Shown: positions 42,408-55,663 of the stretch, piece by piece
How positions within the stretch are numbered: the stretch's first letter is position 1
How the letters are laid out: the number at the start of each line of letters is the position of its first letter
NCBI GenBank assembly: GCA_045837725.1
Contig: JBEWZL010000276.1
Location: 248,001-312,000 of the forward strand
Length of the DNA: 64,000 bases
Reading direction: 5' to 3'
DNA from: Vermamoeba vermiformis
Taxonomy: Eukaryota
Made by a program: the position numbers and the translations under genes
Notes under the pieces: generated by a model
The model's input: the letters and a program-made list of their open reading frames with translations, nothing else
Database searches by the model: none
Told to the model about the DNA's origin: nothing

Positions 42408-45400
42408 CTAATACCAGCCAGGGAGTTGTTCGCGGCCTTCTTGCAGCTCTTCTTCAATTTCCATACCCGACACATCCGCTAGGGGCTCACGAGCAACAGC
42501 GAGGGGTGCGTATTGTTCTTGACGCGGCATATTGTTCAAGTAACTCAACATGTATCTGTTCTCATCGCACAGCTTGGCAAGGTCCTCTTGCTGCTTGAGA
42601 ATGGTCTTCTGCAGTGCGCGGAATGTCGTCATGAGTGCTGGTGCGTGCTCCTTCAAGTAGCTGCCGTGCTTGTTGAACAGGTGCTTGATCCACATCAAGT
42701 GGTACTCGAGATGTGGCGAGCGATCTGTTTGACTGGCAATGAAGTCCATCAAGCGTTGCAAGTAGTTCGGATGAATGTCTGCAGCAATGAACTGCACTTG
42801 ATCTGCGGGGATGTGCTCGTACACGCGTGCAATCAAGTGTTGTTCGTTCAGTCGCAAACTCATCTGTACAAAGGTGAGTACATACACTACTATTAGGTAA
42901 TATTATCGGATACATACGATGAGTGCTTTGAGATAGAGCTTTTGTTTGAGTGTCTTGAGTATGTTGTCCGGGGTGACATCGACATCGAGTTGATAGGGAT
43001 CGAACATGTACTGCTCGTCCAGCGAGTATATGAGCAGTCCCTCGGTGCTGATGCAGGACCACTGTCGACCAGTGGGTGAGAAGCGCACACATCTGGTGCG
43101 GATCACTGGTCGCTTCTTCTTGTTGCTGTAGTAGCCGCTCTGCACACCAGGCAAGGCACGGTCATTGGCGAGATCGTGCTCGTCTTCTTCTTCGTCCTCG
43201 CTGTCGTGATCGATCATGTCCATGGGTCCTGCTTCCGAGAGGTCCTTGCTGTTGAGGTAGTCGAGGATGCCGTCCAGCGAGCGGTTGTGACTGATTTGGA
43301 ACTTCTTCAGCAGCAGTCGTTGTGCTACGTCGTAGATGATCACGTAGCGACTGTTGCCACCTGCGATGATGCACCGTCCATCCGACGAATAGGCGACACT
43401 AGTGAAGTACGAATTGGCCATGGTGGTGTTGTAGGTGCGCGTGCGAATGACGCGGCCAGCCTGAATGTCTTTGCGGCCCTCAATCAGGCCATTCATCTGA
43501 TGCTCCTCGCAGTTCCAGAACAAGAGCTGCCCGTTCAGAGTGGAGATGCACACCTCTTTGCCGTCAGGTCTCCACGTGACATCGAGCACATCCGAGCCGC
43601 AGCTGACCTGTTCTGATTCACCGCCCTGGGTGATGGACCACAAGCGCACGGTCTGATCCCAACTGGCGGACACGAGCTCGGGGATGATGACACCTTGACT
43701 GCGCAGCGAGTGCACGGAGAGATCGACATTGAGATTGGTGATGTACTGATTCCACTTGAGCTGCACCACTGGTCCTTGATGGCCGTGCAGCACATCGAGC
43801 AGTCGACCGCTGTTCAGTGCCCAAATGTAGATCGAATAGCCATCTGAATCGCTGATCGAGCCTGCAGCCACGAGTTCACCTGAGGGGTCAATCGAGACAC
43901 ATCCGAACTGCACTGGCTGCGGTGACGTCATCACTCGGAAGTTGCGGTAGCGAATCAGATCAAAGGCGCGCACGGTGCCGTCCACACTGCAGCTGACCAA
44001 CACTTGACCCTTCGGCGAGAACTCCACGCCTGTAATCGCACCCGTGTGTTCTGCACGCACGGCGATTAGTACGAGACACCAATATACTGCAGTCAGAGCG
44101 CGTATACACACCTTTGAATGTGACGAAGCAGAAGCCAGTCGAGGCATTCCAGACCTTCAACTTGGCGTCTTGCCCTCCCGTTGCAATGTACTGCCCCTCA
44201 GGCGAATAGGCGAGTGTGTTCATATCGAAGTAGTGGCCCTGCTGCTTCAGGATATCTATCAACACGCGTCAGTGCACCGCGCCACTAGCCAGCACTGACA
44301 GTACTTACAGCGCTCACTCTGCCACTCCCACACGAGCACTTGACCGTACTGCGACACACCGAATGCGAGCCACTCGCCCGTGTTGTTGATCGTCACCGTG
44401 TTGATCTTGCGCTGCGAGATATTCAAGCGTTGGATGTTGCGGAACTCGGGCATTTCGTACAGACCAAACACTCTGTTTGACACGTGTCAGCGGTGCACTA
44501 CTACTCGGTCAACGCGGAGACGGTGAGTGACATACCCGTTGTCAAATCCGACCACCAACAGACCAGTCTTCTTGTGGAACTGCGCCGAGTACAGCTTGGC
44601 GTACTGCTGCATGAAGAAGTGTTTGCTGTCCAACTTCCACCTGCCATATTTGTACAAGACACCATCCTGATCACTCTGCTCGTGCTCTGGTTGTTCGTCA
44701 TTCAATATGTACTTCCACACGAATAGCGCGCCATCGCGAGAGATGGAGTAGATCTGCGCGTCAAATACTGCATTAGCATTGCTCGAGGACGTGTTCGAGT
44801 ACATACCGTGTCGTCTGTCTTGTCGAAATAACAGCCTACAATCACATCTTTGTGCCCGCTCAGTGTAGCTGGCATGTACCCCTGCGAGTGCTGTCAACAC
44901 CGACTATCAGAGTATCAACTACGCGTACCTTGAATGGCTTCACTGCCTGCACACGCACCATCATGTCGCGAGATCCGTAGCAGATGAACTTGGAGTCGCT
45001 CGACCAGTCCAGGCACGTGATGCGATCGAAGGCTGGCTGATAGTCGCGCACACGTGTCAGCGGCGCGAAGGCGAGGGAAGTGAAGTGAATGGCAGCCCCC
45101 GATGCAGTGTTGAGCTGCGGTGCGCGCCACACTTCGAGTGTTCTGCCAGCACCCACTGCGAGCAGCGAACTGTCGGGACTGAACACGGCGGATTTGACCT
45201 TGCTCTTGAAGTCAAAGGATGACACGATCACTGAACGGTGGTAGTTGACTAACAGTGCTTTGCCATCTGAGAAGTGTTAGAAATACTGCTGGAGGTAATA
45301 TTAGAATTTATTTTTACCTTCGTCGATCGTGATCAGCAGACTCGCATCGGGGGAAATAGCGAATGTAGCAATGTTCTTGGTCGAATTAAATGGCAATGTG

Positions 45401-45789
45401 TTGGAGGAGTGACTGTATAATATTAGTAAGCATTGTAACTAAGAAAACAGAGAAATAACAATTTCTAGATCCGATCCAGATGGGATCTGACAGTTAATTT
45501 ATTATCCAAACGATACAAAAAAATTGTTTTCATTTTATCATAATACATTCGATAAATGACAATTATATGGCTTATAAATATTATTTGATAATTTACTTAC
45601 TTGACAAGATCGCAAACAGTGATACGATTGCCAATGGGGCTCAAGAGTGAATTGCCATCGGGTGAAAATGCGATGGGTCCTTGTTTGTAGACCACACCAC
45701 AGAGGTTTGAAAACTAATGCAACGGATTGTTAATGGGAACACTCGGCAGATCACGATCCACGCTGACTTACTTTAAAATTGACTTTCAT
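42408..45789 (-). CDS. PWP2: Periodic tryptophan protein 2 (UTP1), WD40 SSU processome factor
   Basis: MKVNFKFSNLCGVVYKQG, GQVLVWEWQSE, LKQQGH, DGTVRAFDLIRYRNFR, FQISHNRSLDG, SPHLEYHLMW. Confidence 0.95.
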
Positions 45790-45981
45790 TGAGTTGAGGG
45801 CGAGCACGAAACAAAGCTGAGGTGCAATGCACAAGCCCCGTAGACGCGTAAACGGTGTTTCCAACTGAAAATCACGTGATGTTAGCACGTGGTCGTGAAA
45901 AAGCGCTTTTTTTCCTGGAACATCACTTAGATATTTAAATTGAACTGCTCGCCTACCACAGCTGTACCTGCTTATTTAATA

Positions 45982-47816
45982 ATGTCTGAACAATTATTTG
46001 AAATTGTTCAATTATTGGTGGACATTCTAATCGCAGAAAAGAAGTTGAGCAGTGAAGACAAGCAGATCATCACCACAGAAGTCAGCAATCATATTTATGG
46101 CAATATTAAAACGAAATTTGGAGAAAAATTCATTGCAGCAGTAGAGTGCTTTGAAATCGAAAAGGACTTTGAGGAGTTGAGCGACAGTTGGCGCAAACTA
46201 ATTCAGTTAAAGCGCGAATTAGAGAGCGATCCTCTGTCTCTCACGCGCGATGATAGTCCTGTGAATATGCGTCAAATTCCTCTGCTGCTCAAAGACGTCA
46301 TCTCGCAACAACGTCTCAGTCAGCTGCGTGCCTTTACAGAAGCAGTGCTGCACCAACGTCTGAGCACGCAAGAACAAGTATCGCGACTCAAGGCAGCTAT
46401 TAATCGTTTGGTGCCCTTAGCGCCTTCTCCTGCCATGGTGCTCAACAGCTCAAATCTGGTCTTGGAACGCCCAGTGCAAAGACTAACAGCTCCCGCACCC
46501 ATCACCTTGCCACCTCCACAACCAGCACCGCAACGTCGAGATACCTAAGCCTACACCTGTTACAACGCAGAGTGCTCCTAGTGGCAATGTAAAGAAGATC
46601 TGCGATTCCTTGGTGTGGCAGCAGTACCACAGTGTGTATATACTTGATTCGCCTGATCTGCCTGGCAATAGCAAGATCGTTGGATTTGATATGGACTCCA
46701 CGCTGATAGAGCCCAAGAGTGGTCGCAGTAAGTAGTTGTCATACTGACTGGATCCGATCTGAATGCAATCTCTTCGTAGAATTTCCAGTGAACGAGGATG
46801 ACTGGAAGTGGCTGTTCCCTGAAGTGCCACTCAAGCTGAAAGAGCTCTACAACACCGGCCACAAGATTGTTATTTTCACTAATCAGGCTGGCATTGCAAA
46901 AGGTACTTAAAAACTGTTCACTGAACGGCTGCTTATTTCCTAATTAGGCAATCAAGACGTCAATCACCTCAAAAAGAAGATCCTCGCGATGATCAAAGAG
47001 ACACAAGTGCCGATGCAGGTCTTCATGGCCTCAGCGGACGACGAGTACCGCAAGCCCAGCACGGCGATGTGGCAGCTCATGTTGCGCGCACACAATCACG
47101 GCGTGCAGCCCGATGTGGCGCAGTGTCTCTACGTCGGCGATGCTGCTGGCAGACCAGCCACAGCCACGCGCAGCAAAGACTTCTCAGCGGGCGACAGAAA
47201 GTTCGCTTTCAATTTGAAGATTGGCTTCAAGACTGAGCGCGAATTCTTTTTGAATGTGCCCACTGAGGCCTTCGAGTGGGACACCTTCGATGTGACAGCG
47301 CTGTCGACAGCGAGCAGTGAGACACAGCCGCAAGAGAAGTACACCGTGGAGGGCCAAGAGATGGTGCTCATGGTCGGTCAGCCTGCCAGTGGCAAATCAA
47401 CCTTCACCAAGCGACACTTTGCCAGCTACGCGCGCGTCAATCAAGACACGCTGCTAAGCAAAGCCAAGTGCTGGCAAGAGGCGCGCAATCAACTCAGTGC
47501 AGGACGCAGTGTGGTGGTCGACAACACCAACCCCTCGCGCGAGGCTAGACAGGCCTATTTAGACATTGCGCGCGAGTTCAATGTGCCCGTGCGCTGCTTT
47601 GTGTTCAAAACTGACGACAAACTCGCGCAACATCTCAATGCCTTCAGAGAGCGCACGCAAGGAGTGAAGAAGATCCCAGCCATCGGCTACAACATGTTCA
47701 GGAAGTACTACGAAGAGCCAGCGATGAGCGAGGGCTTCAAAGAGATCAAGACCATTCCATTCACGCTCAAATTCGACTCGCCGCAAGAGGCTGAACTGTT
47801 CAAACAGTTTTCTTAA
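45982..47816 (+). CDS. PNKP: Bifunctional polynucleotide 3'-phosphatase / 5'-kinase with unrecognised N-terminal domain; +1 discontinuity or weak intron near 46490-46546
   Basis: KIVGFDMDSTLIEPKSGRKFPVNEDDWKW, IVIFTNQAGI, YRKPSTAMW, YVGDAAGRP, MVGQPASGKST, VNQDTL, VVDNTNPS. Confidence 0.9.
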
Positions 47817-47905
47817 TTGTAGAGGGGACTGCTTGCCTTGTAAATTAACTTCGAATAGTACCAGTAAACAGCTTGAGCTATTTGAAAGCACTTTATTTGG
47901 CCGCA

Positions 47906-50900
47906 CTACTGTTTGTTCGGCAGCAGTTGACGACGGAATTTCCTGTCCACGACACGTCCATCAGCACCCGTGGTGTACAAGTGCTTGTTGCTCATGAACA
48001 TGGCTGTCACACCATTGGTCTCGAGGCCTGAGCGTGTCATCTGCAGCACACGATGCACTTCCGGCCACGAGGCAACAGTGACGACGACCGACTGCACCAA
48101 GCAATCAATGTCCCACACAGTGACACTGCCGTTGCGACTGCCCTGAATGAGGTACTTGTCCATCACTTCCAAGGCTCGAATGCTGCTCTGCTTCACCGTG
48201 CTCACGATATTGCCCGACGAGTCGCTCAGTGTCACGCTGTTGCTCGAGAAGCTCAGCGAAGAACTCGCGCCCAACGCGTCTTTGTAGGGCGAGGCGATGG
48301 GAGTCATGGTGCGCGGGTCCCACAGTCGGATTTGACCGCGCTTAGTGCCGAGCACGAGCAGCTGATAGTGCGAGAGCCAGAGCAGCGAGGAGATCTTGCC
48401 CGTGACATTGACACCGAACACGTGATCGGGCACCAGACGGTACACTTCTTGCTTGGTCGGTGGGCACAATGTGTCCCAGAAACTCACCACGCTACGTGAT
48501 TGGTCAGCACAGCTTATGACACGTGTCAAATTACATACCCGACGCCGTTGGTGACACCTGCTGTCGCGATGAAAGCTGCCTGAGTTGATGAACGCCAAGT
48601 CTGTCACGCGCTTGGTGTGGCATTGGATGGTCTGTGACATGTGTCAATAACCGAACAATCACAGATCGGTGCCACTTACCAAATAAGGCTCAAGGGATTC
48701 CAAAGTCGAATCAAATCTCCATACGTTGAGAAATCCGCTCTGATCTCCGACTGCAAATTTGGTGCCGTTCCAATTGAAGCGAATGCGCGTGATCTTTGCG
48801 TGCCCAGTCGTCCTGTCAACGTGTCAATCCGTGACCTCTACACATCCCATGCACTTACTTGTACGTGCAGAGTGGCACTTCAAAGCCAAACTGCCACAGT
48901 GTCACCGTGCCATCAAATCCACCGGCAATGTCTGTTCTAAAATTAGCACCAGTATTCCGAATACAAAATCACGTGACGTACAGAACGGATCGTGCGGGTG
49001 TGCTTCGACCCAAGAATAGCCGTGGTTGTCAGTGCCGCGGTGCACGGGCGAGGGACTGGCAGGTGTAGAGTGTTCAGTGAAAGCACGTGGTGAGCGCTGA
49101 TGTGGTACCAGCGGAGAATTGGAGGCACTCAACACCTTGCGCGCTGCAGGGGCTGCCAATGTGTTGCTGGAGTTGGACAGCGTCGAGGCTGTGCGCGGTG
49201 TCAACTGCAATTCAGTGAATGGTGAGTTTGACATTACAAGCGAAATTTCAGCGAGTATTACCTGCACTTCAGTGGTGCCTGCAGCGTTGAATTGATGGGC
49301 GCGCAGAGTGAGTTCAGAGAGGCCCTTGTGCGTGGCTATCACCAAATTCTTTTCGTTGCGCTGACAAGTTTGACAGGTGTCAGTCAATCATCTGCACCGA
49401 GATCACGTGACACTACTTACTGGATTGACGCACAGCGAGAGAATGCTCTCCTTGCTCTTGAATGCCGTGCTCGGTTCACTGAATGTCAATGCGCGTGTGA
49501 CACTGTTGACACGTGTCAAACAGCGTTGTATGTGAATGATCTGCTGATCTTGCTTCAAGTACTCGGTCTTGCTGAGATATTTCACCGCTGACTTGTGTGA
49601 CACGAGTCGTTGCCACACGAGCTGTGCGTACCGCTGTTGACGCACCACACGTGCCTTGCGCATCACGTGCTCGATGACCAGCCAATCAGTGCTCGCCAGA
49701 CTGGGCACCACAACACTGCTCTCGTCCTCGTTGGCTCCAGGCACAGTGAGCGGTGTGAGCTTGAAGTGCAGCACCAGTTGAGGTGTGACGGCCACTCTGA
49801 GCTCGCACTCAGTGAGCCACTTGTGCAGCTGTTTGATCACCGTCACGTTCTTGGGGTTCTTGAACACCTGATTCAGCAACAGTTCCAGCTGTTCAGTGAA
49901 CTCGCGCACGATCATCAGCTGCAGCACGTGCTGACACCACAGTTCGACACTCGCGTCCAAGTGCAGCTTGTCGAGTTCACTCGCCACGCGGCTGTGGATC
50001 TGGTCGCGATCCTCCTCGTCACTCGTGCTGTCATCGGTCACGCGCGGGAGATCAGGTGGGAGATCGAGATCTTCATCGGAACTGAGGCCCGTCATCTGTT
50101 GCTCGTCACGTGGCTGATCAGTCTCAGTCTCCTCTTGACTGGCCGCATTGTCCTCGTCTTCGGAGCTGGAGTGACTGTCAGAGCGAGGGCGCGTGAGTGG
50201 CACAGTGACAGCACCCGCATCGAGGGGCCGAATGTGATTGAGATCCAGTCCGTTGAACAGCAGCTCGAACAGACACTGATAGTCCTGCACGGCCAGCGCG
50301 GCCATGAACACACCGAGTCTGCTGGCTGCAAAGATCTCAATCATCGCCTTCTCTTCTTCTTTCGAGGCTGGCTCGTCCAGGGCCAGGGTGCTGACATTGG
50401 ACGCGGAATTGCTCAGCGTGCTGCGTGCTTTGAGCGTGTCTTGGTGATAGGCCCGCGCATCGATCACGGGCACGGAGCGCGACTGCAGCTGAGGTCTGTA
50501 GCGCTGCTTGTACAGCCACGCACAGGCATGCAACTCACGTGCCTGTTGATCGAGGCGTGTGGCCTGAGCACGTGACAGCAATGTGTGCGGAATAATGCGC
50601 AACAGAGCGGAGATTCTGCGCGAGGTCTTCAAGAGCAATCGCAGTGCATCGAGTGGTGCGGTGGACTGCTCGACAGTGAGCAACATCTCCTCGCGCAAGT
50701 AGTGCTGTTCGCTGCTGTATCTGTGCGGGGTGGTGGTGAGTCAAAGTGCTGCGTACTCGAGTGCGGAGACTTACTTGATGAGTGCATCGAACAGCACGGT
50801 CCGGTCCACGCTGAGCTGTGGCACGAGCAGATCGATCAGCTGCACCACGCCACTCACGTCCTCGCTCTTCACTCGACGTGCTTCGTCCACGCGCAGAGCA

Positions 50901-53900
50901 GCGAGTTGCACGGCGACTTGAGTGCGCAGCTGTGCGTCAATGAGCGGTGCAGGGCCCTGATGCTGCACACCGTGCACGAGTGTGGCCAGTGTCAAGTGCG
51001 TGCAGCCAGCGTGCAGATAGGCGTAGAGCACACGGCGCTGCAACAGTGCTTGCTGGGCGCTGTAGTCATGCGCGCTCAAGTGACGATGTTGCTGCAAGTA
51101 GCGGAACAAGTGCGCCAGACCCGGTGCGAATGCTGTCGTCACGCTGTCGTTCACTGAATTCACTGGCACGTGATCGGGCATGAGGGGCGCGTGCCACTGC
51201 GTCGCGACAGTGTTCTTGGTGCCGACCAGTGCCAGCAGCGCCGCTTCGTACTCGCGCAGCAGCCAGTGTGCCAGTGAGGCGAGTCCGAGATCTGCACTGC
51301 TGCGCGACAGAGGCAGCACGTGATTGACCAGCACATCGCGCGTGATGTCACCGAGATCACCCTCGAACAAGCGCGCAATGAACAGTGCCAAGTGATAGTC
51401 GTTCAACTTCTGCACGCATATCGACACTGCATCGCGCAACTGATCTGCGAGCAAGAAGAAGGCTGCAGCGAGGTGATAGCGCTGCTTGCTGAGCAGTACG
51501 TAGGCATTCTTCTGCGCGGCAGTCTTCCAGCGCTCGTGCTCAAAGTCATTGGCCAAGAACTTGACCAGTGTCTCGTCCTTCTGCGTCTTGTACAGCTGTT
51601 GCAGCGCCACTTTCTTGCGCAGGGCCAGGTAGTACAGCGCGCAGTCCTCGGCATTCTTGTGCTTGAGGTACTCGGTCTTGGCCACTCGTTCCGCCAGAGT
51701 GCGCAGCGTGGGCATGTGTTGACACCACAGTGCCACGCCCAGTGCGCGCAGTGTGCTCCACGTGGGTTCAGCGGGCACGGTGAGATTGGCCAGGGACTCG
51801 TGCTCGCCTGCGTGCAGGGCCCAGCACCAGTCCAGCGAACTCAGCACCAGCTCGGAGTCCGTGCTCGGGCCTGCACTCTTCTTTGCAGATTGAGGTGCAA
51901 ATTTGCTCATGTAGAGGCCAATCTTGACCTGCACTTGAAATCGGATGGCACAGCCCACGGGAGTCCAGGCCTGCGAGGTGTGCAAGTGCTGCTTGGCGAG
52001 CATGCCCGAGGTGAAGAGATCGAGCACTGCCAGCACGAACATCTGATCGCGGCGTGTCACTCCGTCCAGTTCGCGGCGCGTCAACAGCTCTACCAGGGCA
52101 CTCGCTTCGGTGGCACTGAGCTCATCGGGCTTGTCGCTCTCCACGGCACTGAGCTCGCTGTGCGGTGTGTGCTGCACGGCACTGCTCTTGGTGCTGGGGC
52201 GCGCACTGAGACCCCAGTCATCGTCCTCGTCCTCCTCGTGACTGGCCTCGTCACTGCGATCACGTGCCTCGTCCTCATCGCTGTCACTCACCTCAATGTC
52301 CACGTCATCGTCCATGGTGCTGAAGCTGATCTTGTCGTACGGATCGTCCAAGAAGTCGTAGTTCTGTTGCTGGGGCTTGGGGGCTGCACTCACTGACTTC
52401 ACTTTGACAGGTGTCACACTCGCACTCGCCTCGCTCACTGTACTCGGAGCCAGCTCCGCGCTGTGCTCGCGCTCTTTGACGAGATAGCTGTCGAGCGGCA
52501 GATCGAAGCTGAGATTGCGCTTGGTCTCGTCGCTGAGGTGCATGAACAGCTGCTTGAAGATGAGCGCGAGTCGATCGAACTGGCCCGTCATCAGATACTG
52601 CACCAGCTTCTTGGGGTGATACACGGGCAGTGGACGGTGCGTCTGTGCCAGCTGTGCCAGCACGGACACTGAGCGCGCACTGCTGCTGAGCTCACTCCAC
52701 TTGGACACCACGCTCAGCTGTCGCTCTTGCGCACTCACCAGCACGCCATTCGCACTCCACGCCACACCGCGATGGGCCACAGCGGGCAGTGCAATGGAGT
52801 GCAGCAGTGTCCACTCGGGCGTGAATGCTTCGAGCTGTGTTCTGTTGCAGCCCAGCTCGTAGAGTCGCACTGCATCGCGCGTGAGTACCGCGAGGAGCAC
52901 GTGACCCTCGGGCGTGGTGTGCCAGTCCATGTCGCGCGGTGCACTGTGCTGTGCCGTGGTGGCACTGTGCTGCGAGACACTGATCAGCGGACTCAATGTC
53001 GCACCAATCGACAGCGCACTCTGCTGGAGCTGCACTCGTGTGGGGCGTCAGTTGCGCGTCAATCACGGATTCGTTGCGGTACTGCGGCACGGAGGACTCG
53101 AGTTCCCAGATCTTCAATTCGTCACGTGCCATGGTGGCAATTCTGCCCAAGTAATTCACGCGCAATTGCGTGAGTGGAGCGCTGTGTGCTTGGAAGTGCA
53201 GCACTGAGTGCAGTGTGAGCTGGTCCTCGTCCTCGTCCTCGCGCATCAACATCCAGCCTCGCACTGCACCGCTCTCACTCGCAGTGAACAGTGTGCAGGG
53301 AGTGCCAGCACTGTACACGTGACGCGGTGCTGCGAGGTGCGTGTAGAGCTCGTCATCGGACTCGTGTTCGCACAGCAATTGTACCTTGATGTCGGTGGCA
53401 CGTGTCACGCGATACACCTTGATGACGTCACCTGTCTTGCTCAGTGCCACGAGATGTACACTGCGCGGTGTGGCATGTGGCACCAGTGCGGAATAACTCA
53501 GGGCTGGCACGCACAACAACTGCGACCAGTCTGTGCTGGCACTGACACGTGTCAATTGAGTGACAGGTGTCACGGACGGTACGGTGTGCTCGTCAGCGGG
53601 CAATGTGATCTCGTTCATGAACAGCCCCTCGTTGCTGATCACTGTGTAGATGACAGGCTCTGAATTATTCCGCTGTTAGTCAGACATTTCATTCACTGAA
53701 CCGCAAGCACGTACCAGTCAGATCCCACGTGAATGCCGTGCAGTGTTCCAGGGCCGTGAGGTGCGCGTACATGAGTGGTGCATCGATCACGTGCTGATCT
53801 TGCACGCGCCACACCACGCAGCGATGATGTTCGTCCAGCGAGGCGACGAGTGGCAGGCGCGGGTGTGCAGCGAGCTGTGTGATGGGCGCGTGATGGCCGT

Positions 53901-55421
53901 GCAGGCGATTGATCACCCCCGAGATGCGCGTGGAGCTCTGACTGATGTGCCAGCCACTGATCGCGCGCGTGTGTGGAGCGAGGGCGTAGAGATTGAACAG
54001 ACTCGGTGCGTAGCTGTGCGGCTCGGAGGGGAATGCGTACAGCTGTGCACTGACGGCGAGGTGCAGCCAATCGAGCTGTGGTGGCAACACGGCCTTGACG
54101 CAGGAGAGCAGCACGACGATGGGTGCCTGCAGCGGATGTTCGTTGAGGCCCTTCACCTTCCACACCAGCACACCACCGTCCTTCTGCACCCCGAGCAGCC
54201 AGTCCTGACTGCCACCACTCGTCACACTCACCGTGTTGCCGTGTCGCTCTTGAATGTTGCGCGTCATGGCGTGGCCAGTCTGCTTCAGCGCGTGACTGTT
54301 GGCACGTGACTCGCTGCTGTCATCTTTGCACTCGTGCTCCTCGCGCACGGGATCGGACAGCCAGCTGACACCAATGATTCCGCCAAAGGTCGTGGTGGCA
54401 CTGTAGTGTTTGGTGACACCGTAGCCCTCGCCCTCGTCGATCACCAGCGACAGCGTGAAGTTGACGCGTTCAGTGAACGGCGATTCAGTCCAGAGATTGA
54501 CACAGCCATCGGCACTGAGTGTCAACAGCACCGCACGACCACGTGATGTGTCGCGCCACTGCATGTCCACCACTGCGCGCGAGTGTGGCAAGTAGATGAA
54601 GGTGAGGCCCGTGCGCGTGTTGGAGGCGCGGTACCACAGCTTGACGCAGCAGTGATGGGCCGCACTCACCGCCAAGTAGCGCCCGCACGGTGAGCACGCC
54701 ATGCGACTCTGGGACTCGCGCGGCAGTGGACCACTCCAAATAGGGGCATGGTCGGAGAGCTCCGTGGGGTGCGTGGTGGCAACACGCGACTCGAACAGCG
54801 CACTCAACTCGAGCAGATGCAGCTGAGTGGCGTGTGACACGAGCAGACACGTGTCGCGGGCTGATACACCGCGCCAGTGCAGCAACACAGTGGCATCGGT
54901 GCTATTTTTAGCGTCAGGCACTGCTAATTTAGCGGCAAATTGCCACTGCGGAGCTGAAGGCTGTTCTACGCAGCGAAAGAGCAAGATCTCCGTTGTCACA
55001 GCTATTGCCAACTGCAAAATAGGTCGTATTAGACATCGGAAGTACAGTCATATAATACGCAGCAATACCATGCCATGATGCTTGTGCCACGCAATGGAAG
55101 AGACATTGTGCGGATGGTGCTTCGAATAATCAGCCAGGCGCAGAGTTTGATGCACCATAAGCTGCTTGTCTAATATAAACACGCTATCTTGACTTGGATA
55201 CACCTGCGCATGCAAATATTAACACCAAGGTATGAGAGAAACTTGGTGATCTAACAACAAATTTAATTCTAAAATTTTAGATCTACACGGTCAGCATGCA
55301 GCGTGCTTATAGCATCTTATAGACTTACAAAATAATCGTGTTGCCGCTGGTGCTTAAATTGTGCCCAAAAAGGCTTTGAGAGCGGATGCAGACTGGGAGG
55401 AATGATCTGTCTGACTTTCAT
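47906..55421 (-). CDS. DMXL: DmX-like / Rabconnectin-3 alpha / Rav1 WD40 protein (V-ATPase assembly); two apparent +1 discontinuities
   Basis: FIYLPHSRAVVDMQWR, LPVYHPKKLVQYLMTG, WSTLRALGVALW, DCALYYLALRKK, FLANDFEHERWKTAAQKNAYVLLSKQRYHLAAAFFLLA (Rav1p_C), C-terminal WD repeats. Confidence 0.9.
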
Positions 55422-55548
55422 TGCGCTCTATTTAGGGACATAATAATATAAATGATCTTCTGTATTAATGTTCGAGTATACTTCTAGCAGTGTTCGAACA
55501 ATAACGATGATGACAAGTCAAGTTGGAAATTGTCAAAATTTTCCGAAG

Positions 55549-55596
55549 TCACGTGCTCAATCACGTGCTCAATCACGTGCTCAATCACGTGCTCAA
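55549..55596. repeat. Four perfect tandem copies of TCACGTGCTCAA (E-box CACGTG array) about 130 bp upstream of the DMXL start
   Basis: Directly visible 12-bp unit x4. Confidence 0.95.
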
Positions 55597-55663
55597 AATA
55601 ACATACAATACATCGTACAATGAACAGTCTTGAGTGCAACGATCAACATTTATGTACATGGCA

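Noticed and set aside
51940-51985. Possible compensated frameshifts in DMXL (GLD in an alternative frame near CAIRF)
   Set aside because: The main frame stays open and the improved match needs several assumed indels.
55549-55596. Tandem repeat as a CRISPR array
   Set aside because: 12-bp units with no spacers, no cas genes and a eukaryotic context.
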